From Camelus dromedarius (taxonomy: Eukaryota): a stretch of 64,000 bases of DNA. The stretch lies in the NCBI RefSeq assembly GCF_036321535.1, contig NC_087436.1, positions 17,608,001 to 17,672,000 on the forward strand, in the 5' to 3' direction. The position numbers and the translations under genes were made by a program. Within the stretch, counting starts at the first letter, position 1. Every line of letters begins with the position of its first letter. The notes below the pieces were generated by a model that saw nothing but the letters and a program-made list of their open reading frames with translations, had not been told where the DNA came from and ran no database searches. This document shows, piece by piece, positions 40,451 through 52,890 of the stretch.

Positions 40451-41299
40451 CATGAAATATCCATGAGACTCAGTAGTCAATGCTTCCTTGGGATGCTAAG
40501 CAATTTTCCTTGTATAATTTTAATAAAAAATTAAAATTAAGAGCACAGATTTGTTAGAGAGCTGAATATATAAATACATGTATATTTCATCAGGTAAGTA
40601 CTTTGTCCCAAACGTTATGCTAAAAGAGCACTAATGAAAGCAGTGGCAACTCTGTTCAAACGAGAAAGTTTTAAAAAGCAACATACAAGTACTTCATGAG
40701 AGTTTTGTGTTACTAAACACAATTTTGATGCAACAGTCTGTACTTTGACTCTTTCTGCCCTACAGCCTCTGGGTGAGCTAATTTCTAAATTGGGTTGGTT
40801 CTCAGCACCCAAGGTCTGATGGAACATAGGCAAGTATAAGCAAACAGTTCACTTTATTTGATACGGATTTCCTACTGACATCGGGAACACTGTGTCCCTC
40901 CCTGCCTTGTTTTATGGCCCGTGCACCTGATGGGCTGGTTCCTGACAAACTCAGTCCTCATTAGCACTCCCTGACTGCCTCAGCCTTCCCCACCGGCCCT
41001 CTGTACCACCTGTACTGGGTTTCTCACTTCAAATCCACTATTTTCTCAGCCAAAAGTTGTGATCACAAGTAGCCAAACTGATTGCCAATGGAGTAACTTA
41101 TGTTCCTATCCAAATGAAGAAGTTACCAAAAAAAAAAATCATGCTTTACAAAAATGATTGATATTATCAACCAGGAAATATTTCATATCGATATTAAGTA
41201 AATAGTATCACCTAAAAAAATTATACCCTATGCCTTGAAATCTTGTTCTACACATAACGATATGGTATCTTAGGGAGAGTATTTAAAAAAAATAAAAGC

Positions 41300-41530
41300 T
41301 TCAATAATAATAATAACAATGTTTCTATGAATATATAGCATCTTAAACTTTTAAAAGTATTTTAATATGTCTCATATAGGATTATGTTGAAAAACTGTGA
41401 GATTTAAAAAAAAAGCAAACTATCATTACCCCCATGTGATAGCCAATGAACGTAAGACGGTGATTTGTTCCATGTCACATCGTAAATTAGTGACAGAACA
41501 GATCTAGAACCAAAGTCTCAGAAGCATAAG
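41300..41530 (-). mobile_element. MIR fragment
   Basis: 'tatcattacccccat...gtgatttgttccatgtcaca...aaattagtgacagaac...ctagaacc'. Confidence 0.6.
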
Positions 41531-41899
41531 CTCAGGACACTGAGGGAAATCCTGGGCCCCTCTGAGTCAGGACAGACTAGAACAGAAAGCCCTCTTGGTT
41601 GTGCAACTTTCTTTCCCGATCACAGGTCAGTCCCACCTGAACCGATGCTCTTTCTCTCCTTTCAGGCCAATGTCCATTGTAATTGCTCCCAACTCACGAA
41701 AAACAAGAGAGACTGCTGAGTTAAGTACTTGGCTTTGCAGTTCTACTTGCAAGGGAAGGAAAATGACAGAACCACACGACAGGTGCCACCAACCAAGATA
41801 TTTAACAAGGGACCCAACAATTTAGATGGCACTTAGTTACTCAATACTTCCTAACCCCCAGTCACTTTCGTAAGCCTTTGGAAAACAAAACAAAGAGAA

Positions 41900-42100
41900 G
41901 AGACAATAATCTGTCCTCATGGGGTTCACATTCCAGGGGAAGGAGACAAATAATAACTTAAACATAATATGTAAGTGAATTATAGACCATGTTAGATCAT
42001 GATAAACTCAAGGGAATCAAAATGGAGCAGGGTAGAGGGTTTAGGAATGCTGGATAGAGGATGGGGTGGGGGTGCAATTGTAAGTGGTGTGGTCAGGGTA
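41900..42100 (-). mobile_element. LINE-2 fragment
   Basis: 'ctgtcctcatggggttcacattccagggg...agacaaataa', 'gtggtcaggg'. Confidence 0.6.
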
Positions 42101-43729
42101 TAAAACAATGGACATCGTATAGTCCCTCCTCAAAAGAATCCAGCAGAATCCAGCGAGGGAGAGGAGGACAGACCAGGAAGGACTGAACATAGACAGAACA
42201 TGAACAAATAACATGCCATAATGAACGTTTCATACACACTAGATAGAATGTGTCTAGACAGGAAAAGTTCTGGGACCATCTAACACATCAAACTCATTTT
42301 ACACCCACCATGACCTCTGGGGTTATGTCCATCCCTGGGCTAGCCTATGAGATCTTAATTTATGTTTGCTCCTCTGTTCAGGTTGAACAGATTCCCATGT
42401 TTCCTCATACTCTGTATGTATCATTTCCTGACTCCTTCTCAAGAGAGAGTCTGGATGCAAGAAATTCCCTCTTTAAGGGATGTTTTTGTATTTAGTTCAA
42501 CTTGATTCCAGATAAACTGCCGTCTTTCCTTTCCACAATCAGGGCTCCTGGGCTGATAGACTTTCATTTCATTTATTCTCTATTCAAGGTTATTTTACCT
42601 CAAATCACGCTCCTTTCAAGAGGGAGCATGAGTTTTTAGCAGTTTGGGGCTTGTTTTTCCCTCTCCAGGATATTCCACACTATCTTATCCAGAATATCAT
42701 TTCCTTCCTCTTTTGGTCTTTGTTTCTTTCTTCCAACCAATCTGTAGACTCTATTTCCCAAGATCATTTACAAATTTCTGCTTTCTCTTCCAGATTTATC
42801 CAAATTGATCAGCACTGCAAAATGCTTCTACTCATGGTATTTGAAACATGATCGTTCTTGGATACAAATTGCTGCCCGGTAGGAATTATTTTTCCATAAT
42901 AAGAATGCTCTCTGCCACCATGATAAAATAGAAGGTTGGGTTCCAAGGTAGCCAATTAACTTGAGCTCAAAATTCAGCTTCTGGAAAATTAATGAAAACA
43001 ACTGGAGAATCTAAATATAGTTTAAACCTCTACTGTCCTTTGATTGTACAGTCACAAACAAGAAAGGCAGAGCCTGACTGGGTAAGTCAAGTGTAACTAT
43101 CATAAATAAAATATGGGAAAATAAAAACCACAAATGGAAAAAAAATACAATGAGCTGTTACATATGTTTAATTCTTGAAAGGTCTGATTTTAAATATATG
43201 AAGAACAAGCAGATATATTTAGACAAGTACTCTTTTTACAAAAGGAATCAGAGAAAGAAAGGAGAAATATTCATTAAGCTTATTTTAATATGTTTTTTCT
43301 AAACATCAAAAATAACAAATGACATTCTAAACATGACAGAATATATCCTGTAAGGATAAAAATCAGACCCTAGTCTAAATTATTATATTTATTATATATA
43401 TTATATTTATTTTATGTTATATATGTATGATGAATTTTTTTAATTTTTATGTTTTATAAAATTAAGTTTTTATTGAAAAATAGTGTACGCTCATTATAAA
43501 AAAATCTGGAAGATGCATAAAATCGTATATCACATATTATATATATAAAGGTGTTTCTTGGGTGCCAAAAGGGCAAGTTTATGTCCCAGAGCAGAATTTA
43601 TGCCATTCCACACTAGCCTGGCTTCTTGGTTATCTTTTGGTATTAGACACAACAGAATTTATATTCCAATAATAACAGCAATCATAAAATTAAACTGAAA
43701 TTAAAAAGGAAAGAAATATATAAGGCAAG

Positions 43730-43860
43730 CTACATAGTAGATTGGGGGAAAGTTCTGCCCTGGGGTTCTAGTGCTCACTCTGCCGTTAGCTGGCTGTGTG
43801 ATGGGGAACCTTTGGGCAAATCATTTGATGTCTCTTAGTCAAAGTTCCCTCAAACTGTAT
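43730..43860 (+). mobile_element. MIR fragment
   Basis: 'ggttctagt...ctctgcc...agctggctgtgtga...tgggcaaatcattt...gttccctca'. Confidence 0.6.
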
Positions 43861-44634
43861 TACTCAAAACTAAGTGTCTGGGATTCAGATATTTTAATCA
43901 AGCCCATTAAAAAAACTCAATCCTTCTGGAAATAATAAAACAGTAATAACTCTTAGCTGTGAAAATTCAACTTTTACATCTCACAAACTATATGATTTAT
44001 CCTATAAATAGTAGCCTTTTATCTTACCTGAAAAGAAAATGAAATATCTTATGAATTTTTTCTCATTATTATTATTTTTATTCTCATGTTCCGAGAAATT
44101 TTTGAAAGAAAACTAATTAAATGTATTTCCTTGCTTGGAGATAGAAATAAGTACAAAACTGTCTAATCCTGGCTCCTACAGCTAGGTTGGGTTAGATTAA
44201 GCAGAAAGAATTGAATCATCCACATTTACTGAGAGTGTCATCAGGATCAAAGCTGGGCTCTTTGAATAAAGCAATTGTACTGAATTACAAGAACAGCACA
44301 ATATAAACCTGATTTTTCTCAAGTCCATAGTGAATATCTTTGCCTACATCCTTCAGTTCTAAAAATGTTACATACAAAAGATCTATCAAAGATTAGGTTT
44401 CAGTAAGATTAGAGACCATTCTTCCAGTCTTTAGAATTCATTTCCCTTACAGGACAGCCTCAGAAACCAACCTAAGCCATTTCGTTCTGACTTTAAAAGC
44501 AAAATCCTAGCAATCTGGGACAGTTCTAAATTGGAGAGTCAGCAAGAGATTCCCTGATACTGGGTACTTTCAGCTGCATTTCAGCAATAAAAATAGCTAA
44601 CTCAAGAATCTCTTACGGTATTTGCTCATAGCTT

Positions 44635-45060
44635 ATTTCATCATTTATTCACAATTGTTTCTTGAGTGTCATCTACGGAGACCCTTGGGTCAAAGATCCT
44701 TGTCCTCGTGCCTTTGAGAAGCTTACATTCTGATCTGGGGAGACAGACAATAGGCGATACACAGTATAAATGAGTAAGTCATGGTGTGTGTTAGAAGCTG
44801 GTAAGTTCTGTGAGGAAAATTAAAAATCAAGCACAGTAAGTGGGACAAGGTAGACCAGGATGGGGTGGTTCAAATGGCGTGAGGTTTGCTCCAAGGTTTT
44901 TGTCCTAAGTAAGTAGGATGATGTGGCATTATACCAGGAAGGTGGAGGGAAGAGTCAGTTACAAGACGGGAGGGTCATGGGGCACGTGGTCTGGAGTTTG
45001 GGGATCGGGAGTTCAGCTTCGAAACGCCAAGACTGAGGTGTCTATTGGAAATGAGCATCT
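44635..45060 (-). mobile_element. LINE-2 fragments
   Basis: 'ttcatcatttattcac', 'agcttacattct...ggggagacagacaata', 'gagttcagctt...tgaggtgtctattgga'. Confidence 0.65.
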
Positions 45061-48054
45061 GATAATATATTTCTTTTTATATCATATTAAGATGAAATGG
45101 GGGAATGATTTTTGTCACACTCATTCAGAGGTTGAGGGGGGAATTGGAAACACCTAAAGAAAAACAAAGATACAGATGTCCTCATGAACCATTAGCCTTC
45201 TAAGGAAAAGAGCCTAGGTTCTAACTGAAATGAAGTTAAAAATCTTCCCACCTAGTCATGATACGTCCACATCAGAAGAGTTGCACCAGGTTTCACTTTC
45301 AGAAATGTAATAAACTTCATGGGAAATAGAACTCTCGGTCTTAAAAGAGAGAGAAGTAAAGTATAAGCCACATGGAGCAGTTTCAGGAAGAGAAGAAATG
45401 GACTTCCTTTGGGATATGGAAATCTAACACAAGCTATCTTTCCTTCTCTGTTTACGTTCCCATTGCCCAGAGACCCAGATTCTGAAAGAAAGGATGCTCT
45501 AAATAAGGAATGTCAGCAGTGCACAGTGACATCTCCTGCTGCAGAGCAAATGGCATTGAACTTAGGAGGAGAAAGTTGTTGATTTTTTTTTGAAAGTTGT
45601 TGATTTTTAACAATTGCTTCCTAAGAATTTCTGATTTTATGAAACCCACCTAATATCTAGGGAAAAAAATGGCTGTATAATATTTTAACTAAATGTTTTT
45701 AATTTACCTAACAAAATTGACTATATATTGACATTAAATAAAATGATCTCCCAGTAAACTGAGTTGAAGACCTCTAAGAAGTGAAGTACACGATTGCTGC
45801 TCCCATGAATACACTGCACCTTTGTTCGCTAGAGGATCTCTTCCCCGTGTTACTTTCAGAACTTCTCAACTCGGATCTCCATCATTTCCATCTCAGTCTT
45901 TGCCCCTGATCGAGTACCTGAAGGTCACACAACACAAAATAATCTTCTCACATCATATCTGGACTTTATGCTGCTAAAGTACTAGATCCATATTAAGCAG
46001 CTTATAAAATCACAGTGGGTTGGAAAGTATAAATGTAGCATATATACACACAATATATACACACACATTACTTTGTATCTTGTCAGATCCATAGCATCCT
46101 TATCTAGATGCATTAGTAGAGAATCAGTAAATGTTGCCAATCTATTGATTGTCCCTAAGGGTGTCTGAAGTCCAGCTGCACTATTGAGACAACATTTGAG
46201 CTAATTTATCCCCATTTCACTTTTCTCCACAGGAAAATGACCAACATGTTGAAGGTGATGGAAAAGATTAATTTTAAAGTATTTTAAAAATTATTTCTGT
46301 CTGTTCTTCAGTAACCATAAATGGATTTTTTAAAGATAAAAAATATAATTAGAAAAGAAAATTCCATTTGCTTCATCTCTATAGCAGATCATTTGGATTT
46401 GGTCAAGATTTCTTCTTGATTAACATTTTATGATTCATTTAAAATGTCATATAAATTGTAGAGCATCACTGAGCCATGCCAGATTTGATCTGTTAGCATT
46501 TTCGTATATTTGACAAAACTTAATTTGGTTTGTTTTCATTTCTGTAGGGTTTAATGCAAAAAAAAAATTACATGTAAATGATGATTAAAAACTTTTTATC
46601 AAAAGAGTCACCAACCTGTTGCTTTAAGCCTATTTATTGGAGGATAACCCTCTTTGCTAGCTTTTAAGGAAAAGAGGCAAATATCTCAGTTAATTACTGT
46701 TTCATTGCTAGTACCCCAGAGCAAGCACAGTTAAGTGTTCAATGTTCCAAAGTAATTGGCAAGGACTTAGAAGAAACAGGACATATAAATTTGCACTAAC
46801 AACTTAAGCTAATTGGCAAAATGGAAATAAATACAAGAATTTAGTGATGATCCGGCCCTGAAATTAAAAGAATGGCTGACATTGAGCACAACCCAAGAAC
46901 ACAAGTTCAACTAAAACTGTGATGGTTATGAGTCACTTTAATTGGGATTTCAAATGAACTCATGTGCTTGGATCACTTCTCTTTAATCACTGTACACACG
47001 CACCTGAGAGGGAAACATCCATAATGCACAAAGGGTCACAGAAAGTTAACACTCTTATGTCTACACTTTCTATACAAGATCCACCAGGAAAGGAGAGGAA
47101 TCTCTTTGTGAATGCAGAAAATGCCTCAAAGCATTATTTGTCACACCAATTGGAAATACTGTCTCAGTTACATTGCAAAAGCCCCAAAATGCAACACAAG
47201 ACCTGAGTGACGTTCCTTATAGGGAGATGCTTCTACCTACGTGATGACCAACCGTACACATGCCAACCAAAGGGTGAAAAACCATGGATCACGAGCATTC
47301 CTCTGAACATCATCAGTTATTATTAGTGTGTTCTTAGCTAGATTGTCTGAAGTCATTAACTAGAGCACGCACTCTCCAGAACACTGCTGGGGGAGGAGGA
47401 TTTTTTTTCCTTCCTTCAAAGTTCAACCATAGCAACTCATTAAAAAAAAAAAAAAAAAACAGTTGATGGTTGAAAGCTTTGAGGTGGAGTCCAGTAATAA
47501 ACTGAAACAGATGCTCCACAGGGAGGGAAGGACCATACAGTGAGGTGGTAAGTGTTTACAGGGTAAACACTGAATCAGGATGGTGGGTGCGGTCTGCTCC
47601 TTTGACAGTAGCCCTGTGGTACCATTATACATGTGGCAAACAGGAGCAAGGAATTCATGCACCATGCTGGTATCTTTACTTTATATGTTCCTTACTCAAA
47701 TACACATCAATTGTATACTTTACCCTTAACTTCAATCTCACCCGCAACCCCTTTACTTCTCTCCAGTCCCAGTGATACGGGAGAGCTGGCCAGTACCAGA
47801 GACAATGGTGGCTGTGATGTCCTCAGGAGGTGGTCCCCATTCTACCTTTCCAGACTCATCTGCCCCCGACACCCTGTGCTTCCATGTTTTGATGTCCCCA
47901 TCTCAGCAAGTAGCTGCCCACTCCAAGATCCCCTGCGTGCTTTTATGATTCTCCCCTCCAAGAACACCCCTGCCTGGCTACAGTCCACTCATCCTAGACA
48001 CAGTTCCGTTGCCAACTCCTCTGTGAAGGCCCCCCAGTTTCTCTTGCCAAGGAG

Positions 48055-48270
48055 TGACCCAGAATCAGGAGAGATAGGCTTGGAAACCCAATTCTGCCAC
48101 TTACTAAGGGTCTAACTCCTGCTTATGGGATGAACCGTGCTTTCTCATTTATAGAACAAGAATAGAACACGTGTCCATCACCGTCAGCTGCTTCTCGGGG
48201 GTAGTACCAAAATTAAATCTTTAGCACAGTGCCTGGCACAAAGAAAGTGCCCAGAAACTGCTGCTGTAAT
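48055..48270 (+). mobile_element. MIR fragment
   Basis: 'agaatcaggagagataggcttggaaaccc...ctgccacttacta', 'ttagcacagtgcctggcaca'. Confidence 0.65.
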
Positions 48271-48859
48271 TCTTATTGCCTGTTCCCCTAGGACACTTTG
48301 TCATGATTCTGTAACAGTGTTTGTCAGATCATATACTCATTGTTCCCCTGCTATATAATCTACATATTGTGGAGATTCTATTTAATCCTTGCATAAAGTT
48401 TGGGAGATAGATATTATCATACTTATTTCCTAGATGAGGATGCAGGCTCACAGTGAGCACGAGTTCAAATCTCCCAACTAGATAAGCTCCACTCAGCTCT
48501 GTGTCTCCAGTGACCAGAAGGGGCCTGGTACCTAGTATGTAATAAACACAAGCGTGCTTGATCAGTGTCTTTACGACAGTGATTTAAAGTGTTCTTAACC
48601 GAAGCTTTCAAATATGGCTTTTTCTTTTCCACAGCTATATAGACGAAATGCAAATAGAAGAATACAGCTCTACAGTGCGGTTGTTCAGAAATGGGTGGCA
48701 GGAGGCGTCTCTGGAATTAAAGGAGACGGCAGATCTGAAGAGAGGAAGGCACCAGAGAGAGTCTGTCTTGGGGAAACGGAGCCCCACCGAGTGAGTGCCC
48801 AGTCCCTCAGCCAGGGCTTGAGGTGGACTTCGCACGGAAGAGGCGGTCACAGTCAAAAA

Positions 48860-49115
48860 TTACAAGTGGAAGGGAATAAGGCATCACAGAAAAGAATCTC
48901 CACAAACAGCATCATTCACAACCTAAGAGTCACAGGTGGAAAAGGAACCTAGGATTGTTTTAAATGTTAAAAGTAACAAAGATAAGCAGATTTAAAAAGC
49001 AACTCAACACAAATACTAAGGAATCAGTGCAATAAAAATCTTCATGAATGGAGCAAAGAACAGTCTGGGCACAGATAGGGGACGAATCAGTGTGTTGCAG
49101 GAAAGAAGTGAGAAA
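48860..49115 (+). mobile_element. Possible ancient L1/HAL1 ORF1-start fragment
   Basis: 'aataaaaatcttcatgaatgga...aacagtctgggcacaga...gaatcagtg' loosely resembles the L1 ORF1 coiled-coil region. Confidence 0.35.
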
Positions 49116-50474
49116 GAAAAGAGCCTAGACTATCTGGAATCCCCAGGCTTAAAGATCATCGTATGAGTTCAAATACTGAGGAAGACAGCTGGATGCGCAG
49201 AGATACTGAAAGTAAGTTAAATATGTCATAAATTCTTCAGGCATATTAGCTCTTTTCTAATAACATGTGATACTCTATATTCAACAGCTATCAAGTTATT
49301 CATTGTCTCTTGGACCCAACTATATAAATTGATTGTTATCTATGTTTTGCCTAATGTTAAAAATAATGAACTTTCATAGTAAATAATGATGATAGAATTC
49401 AGAATTTAAGGAGGATACAGAGTCGAGTCAGATTTTCCCTGCCCCACCCCCCGATATAATCAGTCAGCATTTTGACACTTCAGTCAGCCATACAAGTAAT
49501 CTCTAATTTCATGATTTAAATTGTGAATAAAACATGATTAGACACAAACCTGAGCATTCGTGCTGGAGATACTTTCAAACATACATGTTAAAGGAAGAAT
49601 TTTCACGTATCTTCTTAGACATCAGCCAGTGAAAGGTTGGAGTCATCCTAAAGTGACACCTGTGACTTTCTTCATTGCCGAATGGGAGGTGGGCAACCTG
49701 TGGGCAGTGATTTTGTCTTTCAGCCTAGGAAGTGGAGGTGCCTCAGTCAGTTCCTGGTGCTTATAGGACCTGTGGAATGCTGGTGCCACTTATGGAAGTA
49801 AAATATGCCGACAGCAGATCTGGGAGGAGCACAGACTTCAGGAGCAACTTGTCAGGAACACAGGATGAACCCAGATGCCAACATGGCCAAGACAGGGACA
49901 GAAAGATCCCACCTCCAAGGCAGAAACAAAGGAGGGTGTGGTTCTTGTCCCTTCTCCATGGGTCTGGGAAATGGCTCCCATATGAATGTGCAGGTGGAGA
50001 GAACATAGACATTTTACATCATCTAACAGGAGTTGTGAAAGAAGCTACTGAGAAACACTCTCCAAGACCTAATATGATGAAATAGTAACAAGAACAGTAA
50101 CTCCTTGCTTCTAGGTAACACGATTACAATTAGGATTCCATTTCACCCTCTCGGCTTCCCTGTGGGTCCGTGAGGTTTGTTGGTTGTTATCATTTTACCA
50201 GGAAAGAAGGTGAGAAATTTAGCAGTGAAGAAACTTGCCTCAGGTTGCCCCATGAATGGACCTAACAGCTTCTGTTCATTTCACCTTTAATGTGATTGTT
50301 TTGAAATAACCTGGCTCTTTGGGAGGACTGGAGGCAGAGCAGGAAAACACACCTTGGTGAGGGAGTCCTTAGCCAGAATTAAGATAGTCTCACTCTCTAG
50401 GTGCCCAGACCTGTACGCAGTCCTCCTGCACAGCATTGACCCCTCTGCCTGCACCCTCACCTCCAATCTAGTAC

Positions 50475-50949
50475 TGTTACTGAAGGCAAGTTCATGTGCC
50501 CACTGCACCCTGAGGCCAAACAAAATGAAACATCAGAGTTTGGATCAAGGAAAGGTTTATTGCAGGGCAGAGCAAGGAGGACGAGGTGGCTCACGCACAA
50601 TAAAACCCCCAGATCCTCGAAAGTTTTCAGCAAAGCATATTTAAAGGCTAGGTGAGGGAGGCAGCTCACAGGTATATGATCAGCTCGTGAACAATCCTCT
50701 GACTGGTTCATGCGGAGGGAACAGGGTGGTCAATATTATCAACACCTGGGCACCAGAAGGTCTGGGGCTATGTGCTCTCAGTCACAAAGTAGTTAATTTC
50801 TTCCCTTAGGTGATGGTTTTTAGCATCTGAAAAACTCAGGAAATAAACATGAGATGCTATTATCTGGGTACTTCAGAGAGGAGCTGCAGCAGAGGGTGTG
50901 GGGGAGGAGTCTGTCCCAGGAAAGCCCCACAGGGTCCTGCTCGGATACA
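50475..50949 (-). mobile_element. ERV1-class solo LTR
   Basis: Bounded by TG...CA ('tgttactgaa...cagggtcctgctcggataca'), with AATAAA on the minus strand ('ggtttattg', ~50553-50561). It interrupts L2. The TSD is not clean (gtac/ataa). Confidence 0.8.
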
Positions 50950-51594
50950 ATAACAAGTCTTGGCAAGCCTACCTCCTAAATGCCTCTTAATACGTCTCAT
51001 TTCGACCCCCACCCCAACCACCATCATAGCTAAACCTCTGTTACCTCTCGCTTGCATTACAGGCATCTTAGCCTGCAGACTTGCCCACTCCAATCTATTC
51101 CTTGTCCGGCAGTGACAGTGATTTTTCTAAAACTCCCTTTGATCAGGACTGCACCCTGCCATGTCCCCTTCAATTGTTTTTCAGTGACCTCAGCATCATA
51201 CATAGTCCAACTCCTGAAATGGTTTACCAAGTTCTTTTTGATCCGTCCCTGCTGAGCCATCCAGTCTCATCTTCCATCACTAGCCCCTTACTATATTCCA
51301 GTCACACCAAATCATTTGGTTCCTCCATTCCCACCATGTTCCACCATCCTTCTGAGCCATATCCAGGCTGTTCCTGCTACGGTAAACATGCTCCCTTCCC
51401 TAGCGACTAACACTAGCCAACTCCTATCCACACTTCAAATCTCTAAGCTGTCATTTTCCCCCAGAAATCTTGTAAATTGTATTTGCTCTAACTTCCCTGC
51501 ATCCCCTACCTGACTGCAAATACTATGAGGGCTGGGTACAGATCTGAATTATTTACCACTGAATCCCTAGTGTCCTGTAGTACCCATGAAATAC

Positions 51595-51946
51595 TTTTTC
51601 TTTATATTGTTTTTAAACTTTTTTTTGGATTATCAGATAGTTGCAAAAATATATCCAAATCACAACCTAAAAGCTCAATCAGTTTTCACAAATCCAACAC
51701 ACTGTAGCACCTAGATTAAGAAATAGAACATTACTTGCCCCTCAGAAGTCGCCCATCGTGCCCCTTCCAGTCAATACATCCCAGTGATTACAATCCTGGC
51801 TTATAACAGCATAGATTAATTTTGCATTTGCTTTTACTTTACAGAAATCATACAGTACATTTGCTCTTGTGTCTGGGTTCTTTTGTTTGACATTGAGTAA
51901 GAATCATCCAGATTGTTGCACGTGTTTGTAGATCGTTCATTCTCAT
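51595..51946 (-). mobile_element. Ancient L1 (L1ME/MD-type) 3' end
   Basis: 'ccTagattaagaaatagaacatta...ccccttccagtcaatac...catagattaattttgc...aatcatacagta...tcatccagattgttgca'. Confidence 0.8.
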
Positions 51947-52532
51947 GACAGTCGCACCCATGCCTAATAAATATTTATAAATGAAGATGGTGAATGAAAT
52001 GACGATCACCAAAATCCAGGAGAGGAAATAAATCCCCGCATGTCCTGGAATGGTGGAAATGGACCAATCTTAGTCTCCAACCTGAGTCTCCAAAGGTTAC
52101 AGGAAATTAACATATGTCCAGTAACACGTGTCCCGGCACCCTCTCCCATGTCATAATAGCAAATGGGAACATCGGCAGCCAGCAGCTCAATCATTCCTTT
52201 TCTGTTGTTTTATTTTTAAGGCGTGTCACTGCCATAATCCCAATCGCAGAGCCAGGTGCAAAGGGCAGCATCTGAATTATAGGATGAGGACTAGAACACA
52301 ACCTTCCTGGAGGTTACGAGCCAGCCATACAGGTGTTAAACACTGAGTGCACTTCCTGCATTTCATGCTTTACAGTATCTGTTTTCATATGCCAAACGGT
52401 CTGTGAATCCCATCTGTCAGGAATCAGGGATGTACAGGGCAGGCAAAGGAAGCCTCAAACTGGAAAGTGACACAATACTGGGAGGCAAGGAGGGTGCGTG
52501 AAAGCCTCAGGCGCGGAGCCCAGGACGATTGC

Positions 52533-52673
52533 CATGGTTCTCAACTCTGACTTCGAGTAGACATTGATGGCTGGGGTCTACGCCAGTTATGTCAGGATCA
52601 CCCAGGGTGCGGCTCTAGCATATCTTTTCAAGGCTTTCCAGGTGGTTCTTATAGGCAACCACAAGAACCACTG
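52533..52673. mobile_element. MER5A-like hAT-Charlie MITE
   Basis: Terminal inverted repeat-like ends 'catggttctcaac' and 'agaaccactg', with internal 'ttccaggtggttct'. Confidence 0.6.
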
Positions 52674-52717
52674 TTTTAAAACAAGAACCAGAGTGAGACA
52701 ACAAACAGACACACCTG

Positions 52718-52890
52718 GGGTTGTTCTCAAACTTTATTATGGGGAAAAGTCACCTGGAGAGCTTGTTTGAATTATGCATTCTCTCAAACCCACCCCGCAC
52801 CACCCCCCAGAAGATCAGATTAAGTTGGTCTGAAGGAGTGTTCAGAATCTACCTTTGTAACAAGCTCCCCAGCAAGCCCGAGGCAGGAGA
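52718..52890. mobile_element. MER5-like hAT-Charlie MITE fragment
   Basis: 'ttctcaaacttta...tcacctggagagcttgttt...aatctacctttgtaacaagctcccca'. Confidence 0.6.

Larger units (their letters stand above)
50440..51990 (+). mobile_element. LINE-2 fragment interrupted by an LTR and an L1
   Basis: 'cacctccaatc'...[LTR]...'caagtcttgg...ctacctcctaaat', 'tccagtcacacca', 'tgactgcaaatactatgagggc...ccactgaatccctagtg'. The tail 'aataaatatttataaatgaa' resumes after the L1. Confidence 0.75.
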
